Shown here piece by piece: positions 1-9,967 of a stretch of 64,000 nt of DNA. Location of the stretch: positions 97 through 64,096 of the forward strand of contig CALISD010000062.1 of the NCBI GenBank assembly GCA_938041955.1, read 5' to 3'. The translations under genes and the position numbers were made by a program. This stretch comes from an uncultured Granulosicoccaceae bacterium. Lineage in GTDB: Bacteria > Pseudomonadota > Gammaproteobacteria > Granulosicoccales > Granulosicoccaceae. Positions within the stretch are counted from its first letter, which is position 1, and every line of letters starts with the position of its first letter. The notes beneath the pieces were generated by a model. It was not told the DNA's origin. It saw only the letters and a list, made by a program, of their open reading frames with translations, and searched no databases.

Positions 1-1341
1 CGTCATGGCCACTTCACCAGGCCTTGGTAGGACTAATAAGGGTGCATTCGGGTCGTCCATTTTTAGATCATCGCGTCGGGCACTCAAGGTGATCAGGATG
101 AAATAAGCAACAAGGAATATGGCTGCAGCTCCCCAGAACGTCATGCCGGGAAATGCAGTGCCGATCCATCCTAGCCCGTAATACACAATGCCGCCAAGAG
201 CGACGAAGGCCAAGAATCCGAATAGAAATCCGATGAGTTTCTGCATTCCAGTGATATGCGATGGTGGCTTTTCTAAGCCAACCAGATCCAATTTCAACGC
301 TTCAAGATGAACGATATACACTAATGCGATATAGGAAATTAACGCCGGTAATAGCGCATGTTTGATCACTTCCGGATAGGAAATACCTGTGAACTCGGCT
401 ATTAGAAATGCCGCCGCGCCCATTACGGGCGGTGTTAATTGTCCGTTGGTTGATGAAGCCACTTCTACGGCACCCGCCTTTTCAGCGGAAAAGCCTGTGC
501 GCTTCATCAGCGGAATAGTAAACGTACCGGTGGTAACCGTGTTAGCGATAGATGAACCTGAATACAAGCCGCTCATGGCTGACGCCACAACTGCAGCTTT
601 AGCTGGCCCGCCTCTTAAATGCCCCAATAACGCGAACGCTATCTTGATGAAAAAGTTGCCTGCTCCAGCCTTCTCCAGAATCGATCCGAATAATACAAAC
701 AAGAATATAAGTGACGCAGAGACACTTAGTGCAACACCGAAAACACCCTGGCCTTGCATCCAGTAATGCCACATTGCTTTGCCATACGACGCGCCTTTCC
801 ATTGCACACCATCAGGTAAAACAGCCGCATCTCCAAAGAAAACATACGACACAAAAATGGAGGCGACAATCAATAAGGGTAAGCCAAGGGTACGAAATAC
901 CGCAACACCAAGGACGATTAAACCGATCGTCGAAATAACAAGATCGGAGGTGGTTGGCAAACCTGCGCGCGCCGAGAGAGCCTCCCGGAAGTAGAGAATG
1001 TATAGGCAACTGACAACACCACCTAACGCGAGCAACCAGTCATACCATGGAATTCGATCCCGACTGCTTGATTTAAATAATGGATACGCAAGTGCCGCCA
1101 GCACAAAGCCAAATGACAAATGGATTAAACGCGCCGCGGTATTGGTGACTGCAAAATTGAGCCCGGTGACATCCGACAACCAGTACGGAACATTTGAAGC
1201 AAAGTACAATTGAAAAATTGCCCACAATAAGGCAATACCGGTAACCAGCTTTCCAACCCAACCCGATGGCTGCCGTCCGCCGGAATCTATCTCGGCCACA
1301 AAAGTGTCTAACTCCTCTTGTGTTAGTTTTTTACCAGCCAT
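1..1341 (-). CDS. TRAP transporter fused permease (TAXI-associated, DctQ/DctM-like); N-terminal 447 codons, continues beyond window start
   Basis: Absent from the ORF track because it is open at the window edge. ATG at 1341-1339 follows a GGAGGAG Shine-Dalgarno (1353-1347). I checked all 447 in-frame plus-strand triplets from 1-3 to 1339-1341 and none is TTA/CTA/TCA, so the minus-strand frame is open to position 1. Translation starts MAGKKLTQEELDTFVAEIDSGGRQPSGWVGKLVTGIALLWAIFQLYF and is strongly hydrophobic, as in fused permeases that follow TAXI binding proteins. Confidence 0.85.
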   Translation of the reverse strand, partial: MAGKKLTQEELDTFVAEIDSGGRQPSGWVGKLVTGIALLWAIFQLYFASNVPYWLSDVTGLNFAVTNTAARLIHLSFGFVLAALAYPLFKSSSRDRIPWYDWLLALGGVVSCLYILYFREALSARAGLPTTSDLVISTIGLIVLGVAVFRTLGLPLLIVASIFVSYVFFGDAAVLPDGVQWKGASYGKAMWHYWMQGQGVFGVALSVSASLIFLFVLFGSILEKAGAGNFFIKIAFALLGHLRGGPAKAAVVASAMSGLYSGSSIANTVTTGTFTIPLMKRTGFSAEKAGAVEVASSTNGQLTPPVMGAAAFLIAEFTGISYPEVIKHALLPALISYIALVYIVHLEALKLDLVGLEKPPSHITGMQKLIGFLFGFLAFVALGGIVYYGLGWIGTAFPGMTFWGAAAIFLVAYFILITLSARRDDLKMDDPNAPLLVLPRPGEVAMT

Positions 1342-1375
1342 GCTTTCTCCTCCGACGTAGATTACTTACTGCGTA

Positions 1376-1405
1376 TAAAAAAATAGCCCGGTGAATCCGG
1401 GCTAT
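1376..1405 (-). terminator. Intrinsic terminator/attenuator between the TAXI binding-protein gene and the permease gene
   Basis: Perfect 9-bp stem ATAGCCCGG (1383-1391) / CCGGGCTAT (1397-1405) with a 5-nt loop. On the minus strand it is followed by a run of 7 T (plus-strand A run 1377-1383). Confidence 0.7.
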
Positions 1406-1428
1406 CTTCTACAGACTAATAATAAAAA

Positions 1429-2391
1429 TTACATCCAACCACGTTCTTTATAGTACTTCACAGCACCGTCATGCAAAGGCGCCGACAAAGAATCAGAAAT
1501 CATTTCTTCTTCTTTCAAGTTACCAAACGCAGGGTGTAATTTTTTGAAGGCGTCAAAGTTTTCAAATATTGCCTTCACAACAATGTACACGGTTTCTTCT
1601 GGAACATCAGAGCTGCTTACGAAAGTAGCGCCAACACCGAAAGTAGTTACGTCTTCAGCATTGTTGTACATGCCAGCTGGAATAGTCGCCGTACGGTAGT
1701 AGGAATTGTCTGCTACCAGCTTATCAATAGCCTCACCGGTAACAGGAACCAATGTAGCGTTGCAAGTTGCTACCGCTTCTTGTACCGCTGCAGCTGGATG
1801 ACCCACCACACCAAAGTACCCGTCAATCTTGCCATCACATAAAGCAGCACTTGTTTCTGCAAACTTCATCTCTGCAGCAAGCTTAAGATCTTTACGGCCC
1901 CAACCCAAAGCAGCTTCCATCACTGACCAGGTACCTTCAATACCTGAACCAGGCTCGCCAATGTTAAAACGCTTACCCTTCACGTCTTCAATACCGGCGA
2001 TGCCAGCATCCGGGTGTGCAATAACGGTAACCGGCTCCGGGTGTACGGAAAATACAGCACGCAGGTTTTCAAATTTACCCTGATCTTCGAACTTAGCAGT
2101 TCCGTTCCAGGCGTGGTATTGCCAGTCAGACTGTGCAACACCGAAATCAAGTTCACCGGCACGGATGGTGTTGATGTTGTAGACCGAACCACCTGTCGAT
2201 TCAGCTGAGCATCGAATACCGTGCTCTTTACGATTCTTGTTCACCAGACGACAAATAGCACCACCAGTCGGATAGTAAACACCTGTGACGCCACCGGTAC
2301 CAATTGAGATAAATTGCTGGTCTGCAGCACCTACAACACCAGCTACAGTCAAACCTAATAGCGCCGTCGCAAGCGACGTTAATTTTTTCAT
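1429..2391 (-). CDS. TAXI family TRAP transporter solute-binding subunit
   Basis: 320-aa ORF with a signal peptide ([22 protein letters not shown]). The stretch [24 protein letters not shown] ... [21 protein letters not shown] is characteristic of TAXI receptors. GGGAAG SD upstream. Confidence 0.9.
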   Translation of the reverse strand: MKKLTSLATALLGLTVAGVVGAADQQFISIGTGGVTGVYYPTGGAICRLVNKNRKEHGIRCSAESTGGSVYNINTIRAGELDFGVAQSDWQYHAWNGTAKFEDQGKFENLRAVFSVHPEPVTVIAHPDAGIAGIEDVKGKRFNIGEPGSGIEGTWSVMEAALGWGRKDLKLAAEMKFAETSAALCDGKIDGYFGVVGHPAAAVQEAVATCNATLVPVTGEAIDKLVADNSYYRTATIPAGMYNNAEDVTTFGVGATFVSSSDVPEETVYIVVKAIFENFDAFKKLHPAFGNLKEEEMISDSLSAPLHDGAVKYYKERGWM

Positions 2392-2608
2392 TTTACTTCC
2401 CTCGAAATTATAAGTTCAGACCGGCCAACACACCGAATCTCTTTCATTATACCCCGTCGCCCATCACTCGATGCCGCGATTACCCCAAGCTTGCCTCTGT
2501 TAGCTCCCAAGAACAACCAAGTACACACACGTAGTCGACTCCACGGACAGATGACCGCCCGGCTAGCCTGTACAACTCATTTAGCCAGTTAAATTAGCGA
2601 GTTACACT

Positions 2609-2633
2609 ACAAAAGTGCTTAGTCACGCACTTA
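2609..2633 (-). terminator. Possible intrinsic terminator after the small 2676..2951 gene
   Basis: On the minus strand, hairpin AAGTGC-GTGACTA-GCACTT followed by TTTTG. Short stem and weak U tract. Confidence 0.35.
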
Positions 2634-2675
2634 GAATCGACCCCTGCAACCTGCAGGCACAGCATGAGACCGGAG

Positions 2676-2951
2676 TCACTCCGCCTTCACAACACCACCA
2701 TGCATAGAGTGCCGGCGGGTAATTTCATCGTGCATCGCAGAAACCTCCCGACTGGCGGTGGTTTCGCACAGCGCCGGCACCACCGCGTGCACCAGTGCAG
2801 CCGACGCCGCCTTAGACAGTCGAAAAGACATAGTCATGGCAAACCGCATATGCTGAAAGTAAGTCTCATCAACTTCAGCATGGTGTTCACGGCAGGATTG
2901 AATAAATTGCCGCCCGGGCAGGATTAATTTGACTGGTTTTGAGGTGGCCAT
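2676..2951 (-). CDS. Small conserved protein, DUF6356-like
   Basis: 91-aa ORF. The segment HHAEVDETYFQHMRFAMTMSFRLSKAASAALVHAVVPAL resembles the DUF6356 family as I remember it. Not verified by search. Confidence 0.4.
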   Translation of the reverse strand: MATSKPVKLILPGRQFIQSCREHHAEVDETYFQHMRFAMTMSFRLSKAASAALVHAVVPALCETTASREVSAMHDEITRRHSMHGGVVKAE

Positions 2952-3060
2952 GCAGCGTCTTCCGAATCAGTGGGAAGGGATAGGTTGCCACTCAACAAGC
3001 GACAATATATCCCAATATTTTCACTAATTTGTCCATTTTCGGGATATCATCCCAATAATT

Positions 3061-3534
3061 ATGAATAAATTAGACACATTCGACCAGGCAATTCTAAAAA
3101 TACTGCAACAAGATGCAGGCATCAGCATGGATGCTCTGTCGGAACGAGTTAATCTGTCACGCAATGCCTGCTGGAGACGAGTCAAGCAGCTGGAAGAATC
3201 CGGCACAATACGGGGCCGTGTAGCCTTAGTGAATCCGGACTCTATCGGATTGGGCCTTTCAGTTTTTGTACTGATTCGAACCAATCAACACGGGCCAGAG
3301 TGGCTGGCCGACTTTGAACGCGCAGTAAAAACCACCCCAGAAATTATTGGCGCCCACAGAATGACTGGCGATCTTGACTACGTTTTAAGAGTGCGTATTG
3401 CAGACGTAAAAAGCTACGATCGCTTTTATCAGAAGCTCATAAGTCAGGTTGCGATTGCCGACATCTCAGCAAGTTTTGTTATGGAAGACATTGTCGATAC
3501 CACACTGTTGCCCATCGGTGAGCCATTGGCCTGA
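3061..3534 (+). CDS. Lrp/AsnC family transcriptional regulator
   Basis: 157 aa. N-terminal HTH (LDTFDQAILKILQQDAGISMDALSERVNLSRNACWRRVKQLEESG) and a C-terminal RAM/AsnC_trans_reg-type domain. Confidence 0.9.
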   Translation: MNKLDTFDQAILKILQQDAGISMDALSERVNLSRNACWRRVKQLEESGTIRGRVALVNPDSIGLGLSVFVLIRTNQHGPEWLADFERAVKTTPEIIGAHRMTGDLDYVLRVRIADVKSYDRFYQKLISQVAIADISASFVMEDIVDTTLLPIGEPLA

Positions 3535-3650
3535 CCCAAAGTTGCTCAATCACACGCCGGACAAGGCGCGCATTTGTCAGAGCACTCACAACCTAGCTGT
3601 TAGCATTCCAGATACTACGCGCACTTACCTGAAGCCATGCAGAAGCTCTA

Positions 3651-4553
3651 TTGAAAACCCAATCTCATTTTGGTCCCAGTGTAATCCTGTTTTTCAGCAC
3701 AGCGCTCTGGGGTATTTTCTGGTGGCCGCTACGACATATTGAGAATGCCGGAATCTCTGGCGTCTGGGCAGTTGTGGCAATCAACATGGTCCCTCTACTA
3801 TTTTTAGTACCACTGGTCATAGTGAGGCGTAAAAAATTTTTCAACCATATAAAAGCCAAATGCTTTATCGGCATTGCTATGGGTGGCGGCATGGCTTTCT
3901 ATGCTATGGCATTTTTATACACCAACGTGTTGCGCACCACCCTGTTGTTTTACATGAGCCCGGTTTGGGCAACATTGCTCGCCATTCTCATATTGAAAGA
4001 GAAAACCACCTACTGGCGCTGGCTTGCGATAGCTGTAGGTTTTAGCGGCCTGGTATTGATACTGATTGATAAGGGTGCATCGGACGTAACACAAGCGTTT
4101 AATCGTGGCGATTTATTCGCGGTATTGTCTGGATTGTTGTGGGGATACGGAACGGTACTGGTAAGAAAATCAACCGACATCCCCGCAATCGATATAGTAC
4201 CGAATCAATATTTCTGGGCCATGTTGATCAGCACCTTTGTATTACTTACGACGGCGGGATCACCTGAATTTAGAGTTCCCAACCCGGAGCAATGGCTTAA
4301 CGCTCTGCCTTTAATTATAGGGTTTTATGTAATCATCACGCTACCGACCATTTTTATATGCACACGGATATCACAGATTCTGTCACCCGGGCGAGCCTGC
4401 CTGCTAATGATGTCGGAAGTGCTGGTAGCGGGCATCAGCGCACCATTAATTGCCGGTGAATCTATTTCTGCAGTGGAATGGACGGCTGGGTTTTTGATTG
4501 TCGCGGCAACACTGATAGAAGTGTACAGCCCGCAAACCGAACAGCTTACTTAG
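3651..4553 (+). CDS. DMT superfamily (EamA-type) transporter
   Basis: 300 aa, about 10 hydrophobic helices in two EamA-like halves. TTG start as in the ORF track. Sits beside an Lrp regulator, a common pairing. Confidence 0.8.
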   Translation: MKTQSHFGPSVILFFSTALWGIFWWPLRHIENAGISGVWAVVAINMVPLLFLVPLVIVRRKKFFNHIKAKCFIGIAMGGGMAFYAMAFLYTNVLRTTLLFYMSPVWATLLAILILKEKTTYWRWLAIAVGFSGLVLILIDKGASDVTQAFNRGDLFAVLSGLLWGYGTVLVRKSTDIPAIDIVPNQYFWAMLISTFVLLTTAGSPEFRVPNPEQWLNALPLIIGFYVIITLPTIFICTRISQILSPGRACLLMMSEVLVAGISAPLIAGESISAVEWTAGFLIVAATLIEVYSPQTEQLT

Positions 4554-4555
4554 CC

Positions 4556-5071
4556 TCAGTTCGCCTTACTAAATATATCGATCACCTTACCGTTAGTATC
4601 GTCGATAAAGTAAACCACTGAGCTATCAACATAATTGTACTCAGTGGCATATAAATGCCATAAATCGCTGATGTCGGTTTTTAAATCAACTCGCGTCTGG
4701 TACTGGACTCTGTCCCAAAAGCCTTTGTCGAGCCGCACCTCCATCTGACCTTTCTGTGCACGCTTCAGCTCAAGAAACATCTCTGCACCAACCAGCTCAT
4801 TCAGGTTAGAAATTGCATTACTGATGTCATTCCAAACAACATCTTCACTCGCTTCATCCTGAGTTGATGATGGTCCGGCAGCCTTTGCTTCAATCACCAC
4901 AGCCTGTGGACTGACTGGTGTTTGCAGCCCGGAAAGCTGTCCACCCGCTCGCAGCTCATCAGACAAAGGCTCAGACTGCACCAACTTAAAGACAGCGATC
5001 AGCACGACAAAAAGCAGCGACACAGGGGCAAGACTCCATACAATTTTTTTCAGCGATAAATACAATTGCAC
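4556..5071 (-). CDS. Hypothetical membrane-anchored protein
   Basis: 171-aa ORF with one N-terminal hydrophobic helix (WSLAPVSLLFVVLIAVFKLV). No family recognised. Confidence 0.5.
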   Translation of the reverse strand: MQLYLSLKKIVWSLAPVSLLFVVLIAVFKLVQSEPLSDELRAGGQLSGLQTPVSPQAVVIEAKAAGPSSTQDEASEDVVWNDISNAISNLNELVGAEMFLELKRAQKGQMEVRLDKGFWDRVQYQTRVDLKTDISDLWHLYATEYNYVDSSVVYFIDDTNGKVIDIFSKAN

Positions 5072-5357
5072 TGTCTCGCTACCTGTGGGTTAAGTGTGGA
5101 AAGCGGAATCTCACGATGCCGCGGACCGAGTAGTAAACTAAATGTTGCGCATCATGTACAGTGACAAGATTCCAGAATCAGATAAATTTTTATTTATCTA
5201 TTTTATTCAATAACTTAAAACCATTAAAAACCGTTAAATGTACGTGATTCCATTCCTTTACAAGATCACAGATCAAATAATCGCATATTCCCCACCCAAT
5301 CCTCGCCATTCGGACTTATCCAAAGTTATACTCGATCTAATCTGATAAAAAGCCGCT

Positions 5358-6920
5358 ATGAAATTGAATTCACTGGAACTATGCTCTGACTTTACTGACA
5401 CCCTGCCAGGCGACACGGACAGCAAAAACTACCCTCGGCAGGTGTACAAATCAGTTTGGTCAAAAACAGAACCCACACCAGCGAGCGCGCCAACTCTCGT
5501 CAGCCACATACCTGAACTGACACAAGCGCTTGGTATTGACACCACAGACCCCGGCGCTGCGTCTTTCTTCACAGGTTCTACCCTCGCAAACAACAGCCTG
5601 CCGTACTCCATGCGCTACGGTGGCCATCAGTTTGGCAATTGGGCCGGTCAACTGGGCGATGGCCGAGCCATCTCTCTCGGAGAGATGCTCGACCACGACA
5701 AGCAGCACTGGACGCTGCAATTAAAAGGCGCCGGCCCGACCCCTTACTCCAGACAGGGGGATGGCTACGCGGTCATTCGATCATCCATTAGAGAGTATAT
5801 GTGTGCTGAAGCGGTACACCATCTCGGCATTCCCACCACCCGGTCTCTCACTTTGTGCACAACCGGTGAGACCATTGCCCGGGATGTGTTTTACGACGGC
5901 AACGTCACCATGGAGCAAGGCGCTATCGTGTGTCGAGCGGCTCAGTCATTTATTCGATTCGGCAACTTCGAAATTCATGCAGCCAGTGACGAAACCGATT
6001 TACTAAAAACGCTTGCAGACTATGTCATCCGTCGCGACTTCCCACATTTAGGTGCACCAGGGCCAGAGGTTTATCAACAGTGGTTTAGGGAGATTCTTAA
6101 CGCCACGGCAAGCACTGTCGCACATTGGCAACGAGTCGGGTTTGTCCACGCAGTGATGAATACCGATAATATGTCGATCCTTGGTCACACAATAGACTAT
6201 GGCCCCTATGGCTGGCTTGAAGAATACGACCCCCGCTGGACACCCAACTATGTTGACAACAGCATGCGCCGCTATTCTTATGGCAACCAACCTGAGATCG
6301 CACTGTGGAACCTTTATCGCCTAGCCAACGCACTGATTCCGTTATTTGATGCTACAGAGCCACTTGAAGAGGTACTGGGGGAATATCGAAGTACGTTTGA
6401 TGACACCTGGAACAACATGCTGGCTAACAAACTGGGCTTAAAAAACTATCAACCAGAAGACAAAGAACTATTTGATGCTCTATGGCCGACACTTTCATTA
6501 ACAGGCACTGATTTCACTATCTTCTTCAGACAGCTTTCTATCATTACGCCCGAGATGGACAAGGCTGCTGTACGGTCAATCTTACTACCCGCTTTCTATA
6601 AAGAGGAAGAATACAACGGCGAGGTTGAGGCTGGCTTTATCAGTTGGCTGACCCGCTGGCAGCAACGTGTTCGCAATGAAGACGCGAATGCCAGAAAAGC
6701 AAAGATGCAAGCCACCAATCCCAAATATGTACTCAGAAATTACCTGGCGCTTAATGCAATTGAAGCTGCTGAGAACGGTGACTTTAGCGTAATGGAGAAG
6801 ATCATGCAGGTACTGCGAAATCCTTATGATGAACAGCCGGAAGCCGACAACTATGCCGTTCGTCGACCAGACTGGGCCACTAGCAAACCAGGCTGCACCA
6901 TGTTGACCTGCTCAAGTTAG
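5358..6920 (+). CDS. selO: Protein adenylyltransferase SelO (YdiU family)
   Basis: 520 aa. MRYGGHQFGNWAGQLGDGRAISLGE and NTDNMSILGHTIDYGPYGW are SelO/YdiU pseudokinase-fold signatures. C-terminal Cys-containing tail LTCSS. Confidence 0.9.
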   Translation: MKLNSLELCSDFTDTLPGDTDSKNYPRQVYKSVWSKTEPTPASAPTLVSHIPELTQALGIDTTDPGAASFFTGSTLANNSLPYSMRYGGHQFGNWAGQLGDGRAISLGEMLDHDKQHWTLQLKGAGPTPYSRQGDGYAVIRSSIREYMCAEAVHHLGIPTTRSLTLCTTGETIARDVFYDGNVTMEQGAIVCRAAQSFIRFGNFEIHAASDETDLLKTLADYVIRRDFPHLGAPGPEVYQQWFREILNATASTVAHWQRVGFVHAVMNTDNMSILGHTIDYGPYGWLEEYDPRWTPNYVDNSMRRYSYGNQPEIALWNLYRLANALIPLFDATEPLEEVLGEYRSTFDDTWNNMLANKLGLKNYQPEDKELFDALWPTLSLTGTDFTIFFRQLSIITPEMDKAAVRSILLPAFYKEEEYNGEVEAGFISWLTRWQQRVRNEDANARKAKMQATNPKYVLRNYLALNAIEAAENGDFSVMEKIMQVLRNPYDEQPEADNYAVRRPDWATSKPGCTMLTCSS

Positions 6921-7039
6921 GCAACAATAAACCTGCATTCCTGATCAATATGCCAGTCAGAACTCACCATGCTAAAAAGAATGCGGCATGAGACATGCCC
7001 TGACAAAGCCTCTTGAATCTGATAGCGCAGGGGTAAGAA

Positions 7040-7870
7040 ATGGAAGTTTCACTGGATAAGAACGAACATACAGGCACTGAAATTCCAGACACAAAATGGC
7101 TGAATGCAATCCTAAAAAGCGTAGACACCCCATCCACCAGGATTAACGGAATTCAGCTACCCGGGTTTCCGGTAGCGGAAACACAAACACGAACCATACA
7201 AGACGGCGCTACTGAGGCCATGCTCCGCGGTGCATTCAAGCTGTATTCGCATGTTAAAGACGCCGCCGCCAGAAACAACACACCACTGACTGCCGACACA
7301 AAAGTGCTCGACTTCGGCTGCGGCTGGGGCCGTATTGCCAGATTTTTTCTGAGAGAAATAAAAAAGGAAAATTTGTTTGGCGCAGAGGCGTTACACGAAC
7401 TGGCCAAAGCTTGCAACGAGACCTTTATATCAGACAATTTCTTCACCATAGATCAGCAGGGATCACTGCCATTTGAAAATGCCAGTTTCAACCTGGTGTT
7501 TGCAAACTCTGTTTTTAGCCACCTGACTGTAGAACTAAATTTACATTGGCTAAACGAGATCCATCGAGTACTTGATGACAGGGGCATGGCAATGCTGACA
7601 ATCATCAACGAGGACACGTACACCACTATGGCTGACAGCCACCAAGGTGACTGGCTTAAGAAGCTCGGCTTTGAAAAAGAGGAATCACTTGCACGGCTTG
7701 CAAATGGTGAGTTTCTTTGGAACTCAACCAACCGTCAGGGCAATCTTGAAGGCTACGGATTTGCTGCCATCCCACTCAGCTGGATTGAAGCGCACTGGTC
7801 AGACAAGTTCAAAATCGTTGAATATATACATGACTACTCTCAATGCATTGTGGTACTTGAAAAGCAGTAA
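7040..7870 (+). CDS. Class I SAM-dependent methyltransferase
   Basis: 276 aa with glycine-rich SAM motif I VLDFGCGWGRIARFF. Confidence 0.8.
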   Translation: MEVSLDKNEHTGTEIPDTKWLNAILKSVDTPSTRINGIQLPGFPVAETQTRTIQDGATEAMLRGAFKLYSHVKDAAARNNTPLTADTKVLDFGCGWGRIARFFLREIKKENLFGAEALHELAKACNETFISDNFFTIDQQGSLPFENASFNLVFANSVFSHLTVELNLHWLNEIHRVLDDRGMAMLTIINEDTYTTMADSHQGDWLKKLGFEKEESLARLANGEFLWNSTNRQGNLEGYGFAAIPLSWIEAHWSDKFKIVEYIHDYSQCIVVLEKQ

Positions 7871-7900
7871 CACCACTTCTTCTACCATCATGACCATGCG

Positions 7901-9106
7901 TTAGGCGCTGCTATGAACCGGCTTCCAGCGACTAAAAATAATAAGCCCTATCACTATCGACAATGCCGACAATAGAAACGGCGCCGATGGCAAATAGATC
8001 GGTGCATCATTGTTAGTAAAGTAGCTAAACACTCGAGTCATCAGAAAAGGGCTGACAATAGTCGCCACAGCAGTAAGAGACCCCATCGCACCTTGCAGCT
8101 CCCCCTGCGCATTTTTCGGCACGCTGTTACTCATCAAACCCTGCAGTGCGGGAACCGCCACCGCACTGAAAACACTGATCGGCATAAAGGCAAACACATG
8201 CCATGTTTCAGTCATAAACGGGTACACAGAGAATGTCAGCAGATGCATACACATACCGAAGATAGCCGTGTTCTTTTCCCCGAAGCGCGTAAGAATCGGG
8301 CGAATTAATGCACCCTGGATAATCACAATACCAAAGCCATAAGCCGCCAGTGACATGCCGACCATACGAGCATCCCAGTCAAACTGGGCGCGGCCAAAAA
8401 AGGCCCAAATAGAAGGGTAGACAAAGAAAGCAATACTAAGCAGCAGAAACACCGCAAGCATAGGCATCAAAGTAGGCAGCTTCTTCATTTGCTTGAATGC
8501 ACCAAACGGATTGGCACGACGCCAGTCAAAGCTGCGACGGTTCGCATCAGTGACCGTTTCCGGCAAGACGAAGTAGCCAAACAAAGCATTGGCAAAGGCG
8601 ATGGTTGCTGCCGCAAAGAACGGTGCACGTGATCCGTACTCCGCAAGCAATCCCCCCAGCATGGGGCCTAAAATAAAACCCACCCCGAAGGCCGCGCCTA
8701 ACAAGCCGAAGTTCTTGGCCTTATCTTCGTTGGTGGAAATATCAGCCATGTACGCTGATGCTGTCGATTGCGTGGCCGCAGTGATTCCACCGACAAATCG
8801 ACCAAGAAACAACAACCACATGGACTGTGCAAAGCCCATCACCAGATAATCCAGCGCCATGACTACCAGCGCTACCAGTAGCACGGGCCTGCGCCCGTAA
8901 GTGTCTGACAGGCCACCAATGAAAGGTGAAAACAAAAATTGATTGATGGCGAATACCACCGTCAGGCTACCACCCCACAGGGCAGCCTCGCTTAAATCCA
9001 TGTTGCCGACTTCGCGAATTAAATCAGGCATTACCGGCATGATGATGCCGATACCCATGGAATCGAGCACGATAGTAATGAATATAAAAACGACAGGCAG
9101 GCGCAT
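7901..9106 (-). CDS. MFS transporter (TCR/Tet-like drug:H+ antiporter type)
   Basis: 401 aa, 12 predicted helices, MFS motif A GGLSDTYGRRPVLL. Confidence 0.85.
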   Translation of the reverse strand: MRLPVVFIFITIVLDSMGIGIIMPVMPDLIREVGNMDLSEAALWGGSLTVVFAINQFLFSPFIGGLSDTYGRRPVLLVALVVMALDYLVMGFAQSMWLLFLGRFVGGITAATQSTASAYMADISTNEDKAKNFGLLGAAFGVGFILGPMLGGLLAEYGSRAPFFAAATIAFANALFGYFVLPETVTDANRRSFDWRRANPFGAFKQMKKLPTLMPMLAVFLLLSIAFFVYPSIWAFFGRAQFDWDARMVGMSLAAYGFGIVIIQGALIRPILTRFGEKNTAIFGMCMHLLTFSVYPFMTETWHVFAFMPISVFSAVAVPALQGLMSNSVPKNAQGELQGAMGSLTAVATIVSPFLMTRVFSYFTNNDAPIYLPSAPFLLSALSIVIGLIIFSRWKPVHSSA

Positions 9107-9178
9107 AGGTCGTGGGTCTACGGTTTTTAGTTACTGCTGGAATAAGCCCGAATTAATCAGGCTCGGATAAGGCTCAGT

Positions 9179-9964
9179 CTACTTGCCTTTCCATACCGGG
9201 TCGCGCTTTTCCGCAAACGCACGTGCACCCTCTAACTGATCTTCAGAGCCATACAGCTTATCTACCGAGGTGAGCTGTCTTTTTGAAATACGGTTAAGCG
9301 CATCCTGAAATTTCATGTCCTCTGCCTCTCGAACTACCTCCTTTATTGCGGCATAAACCAATGGCGGACCGGAGGCAAGTAAACGCGCAAGCTCCCATGT
9401 TTTATCCAGCAGTTGCGCAGGCTCGCAGACTTCTTTCAGTAAGCCCCACTGCAGAGCCTCTTGCGCATCAAACCACCGGCCGGTTAATAGTAAATCCATC
9501 GCAACATGATACGGAATGCGCTTTGGCAACTTGACTGATGCTGCATCAGCGACAGTACCAGAGCGAATTTCCGGCAATGCAAAACTTGCCGTGCTGGATG
9601 CCATGATCAGATCACAAGACAAAGCGATCTCCAGGCCACCACCACAGCAAATACCATTGACCGCACAGATCACAGGCTTATTCAGATTCCCCAACTCCTG
9701 CAAGCCACCAAACCCGCCAATGCCATAGTCACCGTCGACTGCATCGCCATCGGCGGCGGCCTTCAGATCCCAACCAGGGCAAAAGAACTTGTCACCCTCA
9801 GCGCGCAGGATCGCCACTCTAAGTTCAGGGTCATCACGAAACTGCATAAACGTCTCACCCATGATACGACTGGTGGCAAGATCAATGGCATTTGCTTTTG
9901 GACGGTCAATGGTGACCTCCAGTATATGGCCTTCACGGCGTGTTTTGATGGGTGAGTCTGTCAT
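9179..9964 (-). CDS. Enoyl-CoA hydratase family protein, CaiD-like (carnitinyl-CoA dehydratase / crotonobetainyl-CoA hydratase type)
   Basis: 261 aa, colinear with E. coli CaiD as I recall it: LEVTIDRPKANAID, FFCPGWDLKAAA, NKPVICAVNG..GGGLEIAL, C-terminal FAEKRDPVWKGK. Confidence 0.85.
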   Translation of the reverse strand: MTDSPIKTRREGHILEVTIDRPKANAIDLATSRIMGETFMQFRDDPELRVAILRAEGDKFFCPGWDLKAAADGDAVDGDYGIGGFGGLQELGNLNKPVICAVNGICCGGGLEIALSCDLIMASSTASFALPEIRSGTVADAASVKLPKRIPYHVAMDLLLTGRWFDAQEALQWGLLKEVCEPAQLLDKTWELARLLASGPPLVYAAIKEVVREAEDMKFQDALNRISKRQLTSVDKLYGSEDQLEGARAFAEKRDPVWKGK

Positions 9965-9967
9965 TGA

